64,000 nucleotides of DNA, taken from the NCBI GenBank assembly GCA_034423575.1, contig DAOUIF010000013.1, forward strand, positions 2,367 to 66,366, read 5' to 3'. A program made the position numbers and the translations under genes. Below, in pieces: positions 8,352 through 17,859 of this stretch. How positions within the stretch are numbered: the stretch's first letter is position 1; each line of letters begins with the position of its first letter. A model generated the notes under the pieces. It was not told where the DNA came from, searched no databases, and saw nothing but the letters and a program-made list of their open reading frames with translations. The stretch is from Dehalococcoidia bacterium. Lineage in GTDB: Bacteria > Chloroflexota > Dehalococcoidia > Lucifugimonadales > UBA3495.

Positions 8352-9902
8352 ATGAAATACGATCACATCGTTGTAGGCGGCGGCACGGCCGGATGCATCG
8401 TGGCGACGCGGCTTTCCGAGGACCCGGATCGTTCGGTGCTTCTGCTGGAGGCCGGCCCCGACTTCCCCGATTTCAACCAGTTGCCCGACATGCTCAAGCT
8501 GGGCTGGGGCACCGTGAACCTGGAGGCCCGGGCCGCCGGTTCGCCCTACAACTGGTCCTTCACCGGTAAAGCCACAGCGGAGCAGGCGGACCCGATGCCC
8601 GTGCCTCGCGGCAAGGTGCTGGGCGGCTCCAGCGCCATCAACGGCCAGACCTTCATTCGAGGAGCACCCGAAGACTTCGACACCTGGGAGTCATGGGGCA
8701 ACGATGGCTGGGGCTACTTGGAATGCCTGCCGTACTTCCGCAAGCTCGAAAACGACGCGGACTTCCATGACGACTTCCACGGGACCGACGGACCGGTGCC
8801 GGTGCGGCACCACCAACGCGAGACCTGGCCGCCGTCCCAGGAAGCCTTTTTCCAGGCTGCCACGGCGGCGGGGTATCCCTTCCATCCCGACGTGAACAAC
8901 CCGGAGGCCACGGGAGTAAGCCTTCGCGCCGAAAACAACATCGACGGCGTGCGCATGAGCATGGCCCTGTCCTATATCAGTTCGGTGCGCCACCGGCTGA
9001 ACCTCACCATCCGGCCCAACGTCCAGGCCAACCGCTTGGTGCTGGAAGACACGCCTGAGGGGAAACGCGCCGTAGGTGTCGAGGTAGAGAGCGGCGACGA
9101 TACTTTCGTCGTGGAGGGCAGCGAGATCATTCTCTGCGCTGGAGCCGTGGCCTCACCCCAACTGCTGATGCTGTCTGGCATCGGCCCGGCCGACCAGCTG
9201 GAAGCCCAGGGCATCCCCGTGGCTGTGGAATCGCCCGGGGTGGGCCAGAATATGCGCGACCACCCCAACGTGTCGGTGCGTTTCATGGTGAAGGAAGACG
9301 TTCCCCAGGACCCCAACGGCATGAGGGCCCTGCGACTGCGGTTCACTGCCTCCGGTTCGGAAACGCCCAACGACATGATACTTTCGCCGGCGTCGCTGAA
9401 CACCGTGGTTCGAGACGACAACCCGGCGCATACGGTCAACTGCGGCCTGTACCTGGCAGCCGGCAAGGGCGAGCTCAGGCTGGAGTCCGCGGACCCGCAC
9501 ACGGCGCCCAGCATGGACTATCGCTATCTGGAGGAGGACTGGGACCGGGAACGGCTGCGGGAGGCGGTCCGACTGTGCGTGTCGCTGCTGCAACACGACG
9601 CCTACGACGGCATCATTGACGAGATCACCGCGCCCACCCCCGCGGACCTAGAGAGCGACGAGACCCTGGACCTGTGGCTGCGCCGCAACATCAGCACCTC
9701 CTACCACATCTCCGGCACCTGCAAGATGGGACCGGCGGATGATCCCATGGCGGTGGTCGACACTCGGCTGCGCGTGCGCGGTGTATCCAACCTCCGGGTT
9801 GCCGACGCGTCGATCATGCCCGATGTGGTCCGCGCCAACACCAACGTCACCACGATGATGATCGCCGAGCGCGTCTCCGATTTCATCAAGGCGGGGGAGT
9901 GA
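8352..9902 (+). CDS. GMC family FAD-dependent oxidoreductase
   Basis: MKYDHIVVGGGTAGCIVATRL..., GGSSAINGQ and C-terminal HISGTCKMG...RVADASIMP are GMC signatures. GGAGA RBS before the ATG at 8352. Confidence 0.9.
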   Translation: MKYDHIVVGGGTAGCIVATRLSEDPDRSVLLLEAGPDFPDFNQLPDMLKLGWGTVNLEARAAGSPYNWSFTGKATAEQADPMPVPRGKVLGGSSAINGQTFIRGAPEDFDTWESWGNDGWGYLECLPYFRKLENDADFHDDFHGTDGPVPVRHHQRETWPPSQEAFFQAATAAGYPFHPDVNNPEATGVSLRAENNIDGVRMSMALSYISSVRHRLNLTIRPNVQANRLVLEDTPEGKRAVGVEVESGDDTFVVEGSEIILCAGAVASPQLLMLSGIGPADQLEAQGIPVAVESPGVGQNMRDHPNVSVRFMVKEDVPQDPNGMRALRLRFTASGSETPNDMILSPASLNTVVRDDNPAHTVNCGLYLAAGKGELRLESADPHTAPSMDYRYLEEDWDRERLREAVRLCVSLLQHDAYDGIIDEITAPTPADLESDETLDLWLRRNISTSYHISGTCKMGPADDPMAVVDTRLRVRGVSNLRVADASIMPDVVRANTNVTTMMIAERVSDFIKAGE

Positions 9903-10422
9903 TCGCGGCCACCAGGTCCTCGTTTGACCCGATGATGTAGCTGCCCAGGCAGGGCGCGAATAGGCAGCGATACTCTTTCGCCAGGGCGTCGATGTCACAA
10001 CCGTCTTCGGCCAGCACCTCTACCTCGAGGAGCTGGCCCACCCCTGCCACCCGGTCCAGGTTGAAGACGACGTTATCCTTGCGCCACAGTTCCCGCCGCT
10101 TGCGGACCACGGCCCTGGTGCCGAGGGCAGCGTCAAGCATTTCGCCAATTCGAGGATCATCGGCTTCCGCCAACTGGTATCGGCTGGTGCGAGCGCCGGC
10201 TTCATGGCGGTCCCAGTAATAGATCAGCGTCCTTTTACCCTTCTCCGCACGGAGTTTCAGGCGGCGCGTTCCTCCGGCCTCGTCCGCAGGCGGGATCCGG
10301 TAATAGTGGTCAACCTGCTCCTTGACCTCAACGAACTCGGCTGATTGCTCGCGCAGGATCACCCGAACCGGTGCGAAATCGGGGCAATAGGCTTTGATTT
10401 CGCGATTGAGTCGGAACTCCAT
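9886..10422 (-). CDS. CYTH domain protein (class IV adenylate cyclase / CyaB-like)
   Basis: MEFRLNREIKA (ExExK-type start), about 178 aa, GGAGGAAG RBS. The 3' end overlaps the convergent GMC gene by 17 nt. Confidence 0.7.
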   Translation of the reverse strand: MEFRLNREIKAYCPDFAPVRVILREQSAEFVEVKEQVDHYYRIPPADEAGGTRRLKLRAEKGKRTLIYYWDRHEAGARTSRYQLAEADDPRIGEMLDAALGTRAVVRKRRELWRKDNVVFNLDRVAGVGQLLEVEVLAEDGCDIDALAKEYRCLFAPCLGSYIIGSNEDLVAAITPPP

Positions 10423-10473
10423 GCGCTTCCTCCGGCGCTCCGGCCCGCGGCAGAGTCTTCCGATTAGCCCTTT

Positions 10474-10566
10474 TGTCATTGCGAGCGCAGCGCGGCAATC
10501 TCGCTGGGCCGGGCTGGTGGATACCCTGACGAGATTACCGCGTCGCTATCGCTCCTCGCAATGACA
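10474..10566. repeat. family-A inverted-repeat element, copy 2
   Basis: TGTCATTGCGAGCGCAGCGCGGCAATCTCG...CGAGATTACCGCGTCGCTATCGCTCCTCGCAATGACA, in the gap between two minus-strand genes. Confidence 0.85.
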
Positions 10567-10584
10567 ACCGCAAGGCCACGGATC

Positions 10585-11625
10585 CTAAAGGGGCAGGTAC
10601 ACCGCCTGGCCCGTCATGGCGCTGCGGCCCACGGCCTCGGTCCACTCCATGTAATGCACGCCGGTCTCAAAGGCCACCATGTCGACGACTTCGGTGCCGC
10701 GGATGGCGTTGGTGAACTGCTCCTCAACCCGGTACCTGGCCTGCGTCTCCGGCGGGTTCGGCACCTCGAACAGTTCCGAGTCTCCCCGCTTGCCGGCCCA
10801 GACCCGGCGCTGGGAGTCCACGTGGATGGTCCCCTCGGTGCCGAACATCCAGATCTGGCTGCCCCGGTTTAGCCCGGAGGTGGCGCTCATCTGCATGTGC
10901 ACCTGCGCGCCGTTGGCCAGTTCGTAGAGTATGTCGATGTGATCGGGGATGGTCACCGAAGTGAAATGCCCGCTGTCATCCCGCCGGTAGGGCACGTGAA
11001 CCTTGCCCATCGCCATCACCCGGGTTCCCCGCCCCAGCCACCGCATCATGGACTCGTAGGACGCGCCGATGTTCAGGGTGTTGTAGCCGCTGCGGGCCCG
11101 GTCCTGTCGCCAGTGCAGCGGATTGTCGAAGTCGGCGAAGTTGTTCTGCAAGGACGTGAAATCAACCGACAGCAATCCGCCCAGGTGGCCGTCGTCGATC
11201 AACCGCTTGATGACGTTGTCGATGGTGTAACTGGTGGATGTGGGCGTGAGCTGACACACCAGGTGCGGGTACGCACGGGAGGCGGCCAGCATGTCCCGGG
11301 CCTCCGCGGCGTCGTTGGCCATCCGCGCTTCGGTGAGCACGTGCTTGCCGGCCTCCAGGGCGGCCAGGGTCATGGTGCGGTGCATGTACGGCCAGGTGCC
11401 GATGCACACGGCGTTGACCTCATCGTCCTCCAGCACTTCACGCCAGTGGCCATAAACCTTGGGAATGTTGAACTGGTCCGCCACCACCCGGCCCGACTGG
11501 ACGGTTCGGTTGGCCACGGCCACCAACTCGCAATCATCCACCCCCTGAAAGCCGGGAATGTGCCGGTTGCGCACGTTCCCGCCCGCGCCAATCAATCCCA
11601 CCCGGATCGGTACCTCAGCCATCAT
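10585..11625 (-). CDS. Gfo/Idh/MocA family oxidoreductase
   Basis: MMAEVPIRVGLIGAGGNVRNRHIPGF Rossmann start with AAGGAGG RBS. The track's N-terminal extension to 11757 is rejected. Confidence 0.85.
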   Translation of the reverse strand: MMAEVPIRVGLIGAGGNVRNRHIPGFQGVDDCELVAVANRTVQSGRVVADQFNIPKVYGHWREVLEDDEVNAVCIGTWPYMHRTMTLAALEAGKHVLTEARMANDAAEARDMLAASRAYPHLVCQLTPTSTSYTIDNVIKRLIDDGHLGGLLSVDFTSLQNNFADFDNPLHWRQDRARSGYNTLNIGASYESMMRWLGRGTRVMAMGKVHVPYRRDDSGHFTSVTIPDHIDILYELANGAQVHMQMSATSGLNRGSQIWMFGTEGTIHVDSQRRVWAGKRGDSELFEVPNPPETQARYRVEEQFTNAIRGTEVVDMVAFETGVHYMEWTEAVGRSAMTGQAVYLPL

Positions 11626-11750
11626 TTGCCTCCTTGGTAATCGTTGGCGCCAGCCAGCAGGTAACCAAACTCCCTGTCCCAACGGCGCGGAATTCCCGTT
11701 CGCATTGCGGGCTGTATAATACGCCCGAAATTGGTCTGGAGCAGTGCAAC

Positions 11751-12575
11751 ATGGCAAATCTGACCAACACGCAGCGGATCGGCGCGCTGGTTCCCGCCAC
11801 CAATCCGGTGGTCGAACCCGACTTCTACCGGGTGGTGCCGCCTGAAATCACGGTGCATTTCGAGCGCATGTGGAACGGCGCATGGGGCAGTCAGCCGGAC
11901 CCGTCCACCGAATCGGGTCATCGATTGAGCATGACCAGCGCCGAAGCCAACGAAATCGATTGGGCTCTATTCGGGTTTGACGTTGGCAAGATGAACGAGG
12001 ACGTGGCTCGGGGGGCCAGCGCGCTGTCCAACATCGGGCCTGACGTTCTCGTCTACGCGTGCACCTCCGGCACCTGGCACAAGGGTTACATGGCCTACGA
12101 TGAAATGATGGCGAAAATCATGCAGGACGCCAGCGGCATCCAGTCGGTGACCGCGGTGGGCTCGTGCATCGCCGCCATGCGTCACATGGGCAGCCGCAAG
12201 CTGAGCATCGCCGGCCCGTACCGCAACTACCACCTCCGCAACCGCCTGAAGCCCCTCATGGAAGAGGCCGGGTTTGAGGTCCTCAGCGCCGACGGCGAAC
12301 CGTGGATGCAGGACTCCATGAACCCCCGGGAAATTGACATGGACCCGCCCCACGCCATCATCGACTTCGTGCTGACGGTGGCTGAAGATGACGCCGACAC
12401 CATCTTCTTGCCCGGTACTGCCTGGCGCGCCCTGGACACTGCTGAAGAATTGGAGCAAAGGACGGGCAAGACCGTCGTCACCGTCAACCAGGCTTCCATT
12501 TGGATGGCCCTCCGACGGCTCGGTTGGAAGAAGCCCATAGACGGTTTCGGCAGCCTGCTGAGGAACCTGGAGTAA
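11751..12575 (+). CDS. Asp/Glu racemase superfamily protein (maleate isomerase / arylmalonate decarboxylase-like)
   Basis: IGALVPATNPVVEPDF, VYACTSGTW and TVNQASIWMALR blocks. ATG at 11751; a TATAAT box at 11715-11720 lies in the divergent intergenic region. Confidence 0.75.
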   Translation: MANLTNTQRIGALVPATNPVVEPDFYRVVPPEITVHFERMWNGAWGSQPDPSTESGHRLSMTSAEANEIDWALFGFDVGKMNEDVARGASALSNIGPDVLVYACTSGTWHKGYMAYDEMMAKIMQDASGIQSVTAVGSCIAAMRHMGSRKLSIAGPYRNYHLRNRLKPLMEEAGFEVLSADGEPWMQDSMNPREIDMDPPHAIIDFVLTVAEDDADTIFLPGTAWRALDTAEELEQRTGKTVVTVNQASIWMALRRLGWKKPIDGFGSLLRNLE

Positions 12576-12610
12576 AGGAACGTTAGATACAACGTACTGC
12601 GAGGTTTCAC

Positions 12611-13486
12611 ATGGTAACCAGCAAACAGGCGACAACGTATGAAGTAGACATCGAAGACGTGGAATATCTCCGCCACGGCGATACTCCCATCCTGGCGCGA
12701 CTGTTCCGGCCGCGCGGCACCGGTCCCTTCCCCATCATGGTTGAGATCCACGGTGGCGCATGGGTGCGGGGAGACCGACTGAACGGGAACCTCGCCAACG
12801 AGGCCCTGGCCCGTAACGGCGTGATCGTCGCCGCCCTGGACTTCCGGGTCCCGCCGGTGGCCTCCTATCCTGCTTCCTTTGCCGACATCCACTACGGGAT
12901 CCGCTGGTGCAAGAGCCAGGCCGAGTCGTGGAACGGCATCCCCGGCAGGGTCGGCGCGATGGGCACCTCCAGCGGCGCGCATCAGGCCATGCTGCTGGGC
13001 ATGCGCCCGAACGATCCGCGCTACGCCGCCCTCCCTTTCTCCAACGGGGCCTCGGCCCTCGACGGCACTCTGGGCTGCGTCATCATGGTCTCCCCCGTAA
13101 TCGACCCGCTGGGGCGGTACCGGTACGCCAAGGGTCTGCGGGATGACGTGACGCCGCCTCCCGGGATGGCGGAGCGGGTCGGGCCCAATCACGACGCTTA
13201 CTGGGTGACCGAGGAAGCCATGGCCGAGGCGGCGCCGTCCCGCGCGCTGGCGGCCGGTGAGCGCATGGAACTGCCGCCCACGCTGTGCCTGGCGCGCTCC
13301 TATGAGGAAGCCCATCCCCGCCCGGACCTGGACGAGTTTATCGCTCAGTACCGCGAGGCCGGCGGGAACATTGACGTGAAGATTTTCGAGGGCGAAGGCG
13401 AGCGTCTGCTGGAGAACCCCACCACCCAGGTGGCGAAGGAGGCTCTGGATCGGATGACCGCGTTCATCCGTCAGCACCTGGGCTAG
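12611..13486 (+). CDS. alpha/beta hydrolase (esterase/lipase fold-3 type)
   Basis: HGGAW oxyanion box and GTSSGA nucleophile elbow; 291 aa. Confidence 0.8.
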   Translation: MVTSKQATTYEVDIEDVEYLRHGDTPILARLFRPRGTGPFPIMVEIHGGAWVRGDRLNGNLANEALARNGVIVAALDFRVPPVASYPASFADIHYGIRWCKSQAESWNGIPGRVGAMGTSSGAHQAMLLGMRPNDPRYAALPFSNGASALDGTLGCVIMVSPVIDPLGRYRYAKGLRDDVTPPPGMAERVGPNHDAYWVTEEAMAEAAPSRALAAGERMELPPTLCLARSYEEAHPRPDLDEFIAQYREAGGNIDVKIFEGEGERLLENPTTQVAKEALDRMTAFIRQHLG

Positions 13487-13519
13487 CGCTGCGCAGTCTC
13501 GGAATCACAATCAACCATC

Positions 13520-13559
13520 GCGAGGCCCGGGTCATGATCCGGGCCTCGCATCGTTTTTT
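13520..13559 (+). terminator. rho-independent terminator
   Basis: Perfect 11-bp stem GCGAGGCCCGG/CCGGGCCTCGC with an 8-nt loop, followed by a T6 tract, 34 nt after the hydrolase stop. Confidence 0.8.
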
Positions 13560-13580
13560 GCCCAACTCGCAACACCCCGA

Positions 13581-13589
13581 TGCTATACT
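13581..13589 (+). promoter_or_regulatory. possible extended -10 promoter element (TGcTATACT)
   Basis: TGnTATACT lies 72 nt upstream of the VOC gene start, just after the terminator. No good -35. Confidence 0.3.
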
Positions 13590-13660
13590 TCCGCCAACGA
13601 CGTGGACTTGGCTAATTTTCTACATGATCGTGCGCTAGGGTCACGAAAAGGAGGTGGATT

Positions 13661-14116
13661 ATGTCTCGAGTTACGATGATTCAACACATCAACATCCAGA
13701 TCAGCGACAAAGACCGGAGCCGGGACTGGTACGAGAAGGTGCTTGGCGCCGAGTTCCTAGATCGCGGCCCGGAGTTAAACCAGCGCCAGTTGCAACTGCG
13801 CATCGGCAACGGCGAAATCCACAGCACCTTCACTCCCAGCCCCAACCCGTCGGGCCACTTCGCCGTGGAAATCCACGACTGGGACGAGATGATCGCCAAC
13901 CTGGACGCCTTGGGCGTGGAATACACTCCGCCATCGGTCCGAGCGTATGCCGACGTCCATTCCACCTATATCAACGATCCTGACGGAAACATGATCGAGT
14001 TAGTGCAGCATCCGATGGGTCTGCGGGATTCCAAGGGGAACGCGGTGGCAATCGCGCATGACCCTGACGGGATGGTGTGGGCGCGGCACCCTGGGTTTGG
14101 GCCGGCTACGGGGTAA
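13661..14116 (+). CDS. VOC family protein (glyoxalase/bleomycin-resistance/extradiol dioxygenase fold)
   Basis: 151 aa with AAAGGAGG RBS. Shows the HINIQISD...WYEKVLG...HFAVEI...DPDGNMIEL pattern. Confidence 0.8.
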   Translation: MSRVTMIQHINIQISDKDRSRDWYEKVLGAEFLDRGPELNQRQLQLRIGNGEIHSTFTPSPNPSGHFAVEIHDWDEMIANLDALGVEYTPPSVRAYADVHSTYINDPDGNMIELVQHPMGLRDSKGNAVAIAHDPDGMVWARHPGFGPATG

Positions 14117-14164
14117 CGCGGGCGCATTTCGTGATCTGAACATTTCGTCCGGGAGGAAACAACC

Positions 14165-15190
14165 ATGGCTTACTACATGTATGTCGCCGTCCAGGGAGAC
14201 AACAAGATCTCGGTCTTTACCATCGACCCCGATACCGGCGGTATGACCCTGCAAACTGACGTGGCCGTGGACGGCGGCCCGTTCACCATGGCGATCAGCC
14301 CCGACCGCCGGTTCCTTTATGTCGGGTGCCGAGAGATCACCCAGCTGGTGAGTTTTGAGATCGACCAGTCCAGTGGAGGCCTGACGCAGAACGGGTCAGT
14401 GCCGCTGGACGCGTGGCCCGTATACGTGGCCACCGACCGGCGGGGCCGGTTCGTCCTGTCGTCCTACTACCAGGGCGCGCGCGTCGCGGTGCATCCCATC
14501 GGCGACGACGGCTCTGTGGGCGGTGATCCCGTCGAATGGCTGGAAACAGCCACCGGCGCCCACGCCATGCAGACCGACCCGACCAACGCCTACGCTTTTG
14601 TGCCGCACATCGCTGGAAACGGCCCCAACTCGATCTGGCAGTTCCGCTTCGACGAGAACACCGGCCACATCACGCCGAATTCGCCAGCCACCGTCGACCC
14701 CGAGGAGTTCCTGGGTCCGCGTCACTTCTGCTTCCACCCCTCGCTGGACGTGCTCTACTTCTCCAACGAGCAGGGATGCAGCGTCAGCGCCTACAATCTG
14801 GACACCTCTGCGGGCACCTTGTCGCTGTTCCAGACCGTCACCACCCTGCCGCCGGAAGGCTTCAGCGAGCGGAACACGTGCTCCCAGATCCAGATCACGT
14901 CCTCGGGCAGGTTCCTGTACGCGCCCAACCGGGGCCACGACAGCATCGCCTGCTACACCGTGGACGCGGCTACCGGCGCGCTGTCGTCCAACGGCATCGT
15001 GCAGTCGGAGCCGCGGCCCAACGCCCTGTGCCTCGACCTTCAGGACAAGTTCGTCTACTCGGCGGGACAGGACTCCGGGCAAATGGCCATCTTCGGCGTC
15101 GATGGGGATTCGGGCGAACTGTCTAGAGTAGGGACGCATCCGCTGGGCGAAGGGCCGGGCTGGATTTCCATCACCGAGTTGCCGGGTTAG
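14165..15190 (+). CDS. beta-propeller lactonase family protein (6-phosphogluconolactonase/YbhE-like)
   Basis: 341 aa. YVAVQGDNKISVFTID...FLYV... repeats are characteristic of 7-bladed lactonases. Confidence 0.75.
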   Translation: MAYYMYVAVQGDNKISVFTIDPDTGGMTLQTDVAVDGGPFTMAISPDRRFLYVGCREITQLVSFEIDQSSGGLTQNGSVPLDAWPVYVATDRRGRFVLSSYYQGARVAVHPIGDDGSVGGDPVEWLETATGAHAMQTDPTNAYAFVPHIAGNGPNSIWQFRFDENTGHITPNSPATVDPEEFLGPRHFCFHPSLDVLYFSNEQGCSVSAYNLDTSAGTLSLFQTVTTLPPEGFSERNTCSQIQITSSGRFLYAPNRGHDSIACYTVDAATGALSSNGIVQSEPRPNALCLDLQDKFVYSAGQDSGQMAIFGVDGDSGELSRVGTHPLGEGPGWISITELPG

Positions 15191-15228
15191 CGCACCGACG
15201 AAACATCGGATGTGAGGAGGTTTTCGAG

Positions 15229-16200
15229 ATGAGCAAGAATTACAACATCTGCGTGGGCGCGACCGGTTTCGGCGGCGGCGTTTGGCACAGCCCCGACGGA
15301 GGGGAAAGCTGGACCCGCATCCGTGACCCGTTCCCGCTGGGCAGCCAGGTGCGGGCCATGGCCGTGTATCCGGACAACCCCAGCCGCATCCTGGCCGGCG
15401 CGGACAACGGCATCTACCGCAGCGAGGACAAGGGAGCGTCGTGGGAAAAACTCTGGTCGCCCATGGACGGCGTGCCCATCTGGTCCATCGCCATCGACCC
15501 GGAGGACACGGACACGATTTTCGTCGGCATCAAGCCGGCGGCACTCTTCCGGTCACGCGACGGCGGCGACAGTTGGACCAAGCTGTCCGTCCAGATGGCA
15601 CAGGAGTGCCACATCGGGCCGCCCATGGTGACCATGCTGATGGTGGACCCCAAGGATCACCGCACGGTCTGGGCGGGCGTTGAGGTCGACGGCGTTTACC
15701 GCAGCCTGGACAGTGGCGACACCTGGACCCACGTCGAGGGCGGCGTCCACCCGGACATTCACGGCATGGCCATCGGCCTGGGCGAACCCAATCGGGTGCT
15801 GGCCAGTACTCCCCGGGAAATCTACGCGACCACGGACATGGGCGAAAGCTGGCAATCGGTGGTGACCACCGACCAGTTCGTCCTGCCCTACAGCCGCGGC
15901 ATCGCCGTCAAACCCGACAACCCCAGCGTCATCTTCGCCGGTGTCGGAGACACGGCTATCGGTGGGGCGGGCGCAATCCAGCGCTCGACGGATGCGGGCC
16001 AGACCTGGGAGCGGCGGCCGTTGCCGGTGGAGCCCAATTCCAACATCTGGCAATTTGCCACCCATCCGGCCGACCCCGATTTTGTGGTGGCGTCCAGCCT
16101 CATGGGCGAGCTGTACTCCAGCGACGACGCCGGAGACTCGTGGGTCAAGGTGAACCGCGAGTTCACCGAGGTGGGCGCCGTGGTGTGGGTGCCCAACTGA
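15229..16200 (+). CDS. BNR/Asp-box repeat beta-propeller protein
   Basis: At least seven SxDxGxxW boxes (SPDGGESW, SEDKGASW, SRDGGDSW, SLDSGDTW, TTDMGESW, STDAGQTW, SDDAGDSW). No signal peptide seen. Confidence 0.8.
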   Translation: MSKNYNICVGATGFGGGVWHSPDGGESWTRIRDPFPLGSQVRAMAVYPDNPSRILAGADNGIYRSEDKGASWEKLWSPMDGVPIWSIAIDPEDTDTIFVGIKPAALFRSRDGGDSWTKLSVQMAQECHIGPPMVTMLMVDPKDHRTVWAGVEVDGVYRSLDSGDTWTHVEGGVHPDIHGMAIGLGEPNRVLASTPREIYATTDMGESWQSVVTTDQFVLPYSRGIAVKPDNPSVIFAGVGDTAIGGAGAIQRSTDAGQTWERRPLPVEPNSNIWQFATHPADPDFVVASSLMGELYSSDDAGDSWVKVNREFTEVGAVVWVPN

Positions 16201-16207
16201 CCCTTTA

Positions 16208-16315
16208 GTCAGAGTCAGGATTTGCCGAATCTATGGATTGGCAGGATTGAGAGTGCTCTGCCTGGAACAGCCTCAATCCTGTCAATCCTAAAATCCTGGT
16301 CATCCTGATTCCGAC
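16208..16315. repeat. family-B ~100-bp inverted-repeat element, copy 1
   Basis: GTCAGAGTCAGGAT...ATCCTGATTCCGAC. The left arm carries 3 GGATT-containing subrepeats, mirrored by AATCCT subrepeats in the right arm. It starts 8 nt after a stop codon. Confidence 0.8.
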
Positions 16316-16388
16316 GATCTCCGAACGAAGTATTGCGTTAGAATGCGCCAGTGGCCGACGCACTCGCTGGCGCGGCAAGGAACGCTAC

Positions 16389-17795
16389 ATGACCACACCC
16401 CCAGTTCCGCAACCCAACTTCTTCGCCCAGAGGGCGCATCGGTTTCTTGCGGCACTGGTGTTCCGGGACTTTCGCTTTCTCGCCCTGTCCACGCTGTGCA
16501 GCAGCAGCGGCGCATGGGCCCTGATCGTGGCCCGGGGCGCGTGGGTGTACAGCATCCCGGAGTTGCAGGGCACGCAGGGACTGTGGGTTGGCTTAATCAC
16601 CTTCGCCGCCATGTCGCCGCGGTTCTTTGCCACGCCGTTCATCGGCTATTTAGCTGACAAGATGACCCGCAAAACACTGCTGCAGCGGGTATACATCCTC
16701 CAGATTGTGCAGGCGTCCGTGATGGCCCTGTTGGTGATGTCCGGTGTGACCAATCCCTGGTACGTGGTCCTGCTGGCAGTGATTAACGGGACGCTGCGCT
16801 CGACGCAGATGACCGCCTCCCAGTCGTTGACACCCAACCTGGTGGACCGGGACCGCCTGCCCAACGCCGTCGCTCTCAACCAGGCCATGCAGCAGGGGTC
16901 GCGTGCCGTGGGGCCCGCAATCCTGCTGGCGATTTCGGCGACGGTTGGCAGCAGCGCCATTTTCGGGTCCGGCGGTTTTTCATTCTCGCTCCAGAACCTG
17001 GTGCTGACCCTGGGCTCCTCGGCGATTGTGTTCTGGGCTTGCGCGGCTTTTTACCTGGTGGCACTGGCATCGGCGCTGAACATCCGGTTGGCGTCGTCGG
17101 GCGTCATCGACCGGCGCCGTGGATTCTGGGCCAACGTCGCCGCAGGGTTCGCCTATATCTACAGCACGCCTCTGGTCTTCGGCATCCTCATGATCGCTTT
17201 GGCCCACTGCGTGCTGGTGATGTCGTTCGAGTCCATGCTGCCGCCGCTGGCGTTGGAGAAACTATCGCCCGACGGCATCACGTTCAACGAGAACGACGTC
17301 TACGCGTTGATGGCCGCACTCGGCGTCGGCTCCCTGTTCTCCTCGCTGTTCGTCGGCGGCATCGTTAATCACATGACGCGCGGGAGGGTGTTCCTGCTGC
17401 TGGGATTCACCAGCAGCCTGACTCCCATCGGAATGGGGTTGTCTTCGCAGACCGGCATTTCGGTTATCGCCGCAGTAATGATGGGACTGGGCACTTCCGG
17501 GTTCATGACCATCACCCACACCATCATCCAGTCGGTGGTTCCGGACGAGATCCGGGGACGGGTGTCCTCGGCGTATTCGATGCACATCGGCGGGAGCATG
17601 GCCTTTGCCAACCTGCTGTACGGTCGACTGGCCGACTTCTGGAACGCGGGCAACGTAATGGCCGTGGCGGGAGCTGCTTTCACCCTGGTGGTGCTGGGTA
17701 CGGTCATCGCCAGCGGTTTCTGGCGAGACATCTATTTCCGGGGTACGGCCCGCCCGGTGGCGGCCGCTGCCGGGGCTGGCGGCGGGAACGACTGA
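16389..17795 (+). CDS. MFS transporter (EntS/MFS_3-like)
   Basis: 468 aa, about 12 hydrophobic segments, FRDFRFLALS... start typical of this MFS subgroup. Confidence 0.8.
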   Translation: MTTPPVPQPNFFAQRAHRFLAALVFRDFRFLALSTLCSSSGAWALIVARGAWVYSIPELQGTQGLWVGLITFAAMSPRFFATPFIGYLADKMTRKTLLQRVYILQIVQASVMALLVMSGVTNPWYVVLLAVINGTLRSTQMTASQSLTPNLVDRDRLPNAVALNQAMQQGSRAVGPAILLAISATVGSSAIFGSGGFSFSLQNLVLTLGSSAIVFWACAAFYLVALASALNIRLASSGVIDRRRGFWANVAAGFAYIYSTPLVFGILMIALAHCVLVMSFESMLPPLALEKLSPDGITFNENDVYALMAALGVGSLFSSLFVGGIVNHMTRGRVFLLLGFTSSLTPIGMGLSSQTGISVIAAVMMGLGTSGFMTITHTIIQSVVPDEIRGRVSSAYSMHIGGSMAFANLLYGRLADFWNAGNVMAVAGAAFTLVVLGTVIASGFWRDIYFRGTARPVAAAAGAGGGND

Positions 17796-17859
17796 CCATC
17801 AGCCCAAATCAAGGGTTAGGAGCCAATCAACGGTCCGGGCCGGTTAACCCGCCGCGCGG

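Noticed and set aside
16208-16315. CRISPR-like periodicity of the GGATT subrepeats in the family-B elements
   Set aside because: The units are only about 7-12 nt, number 3-4 per arm, and are mirrored as reverse complements within about 100 bp. There are no spacers of CRISPR size and no cas genes.
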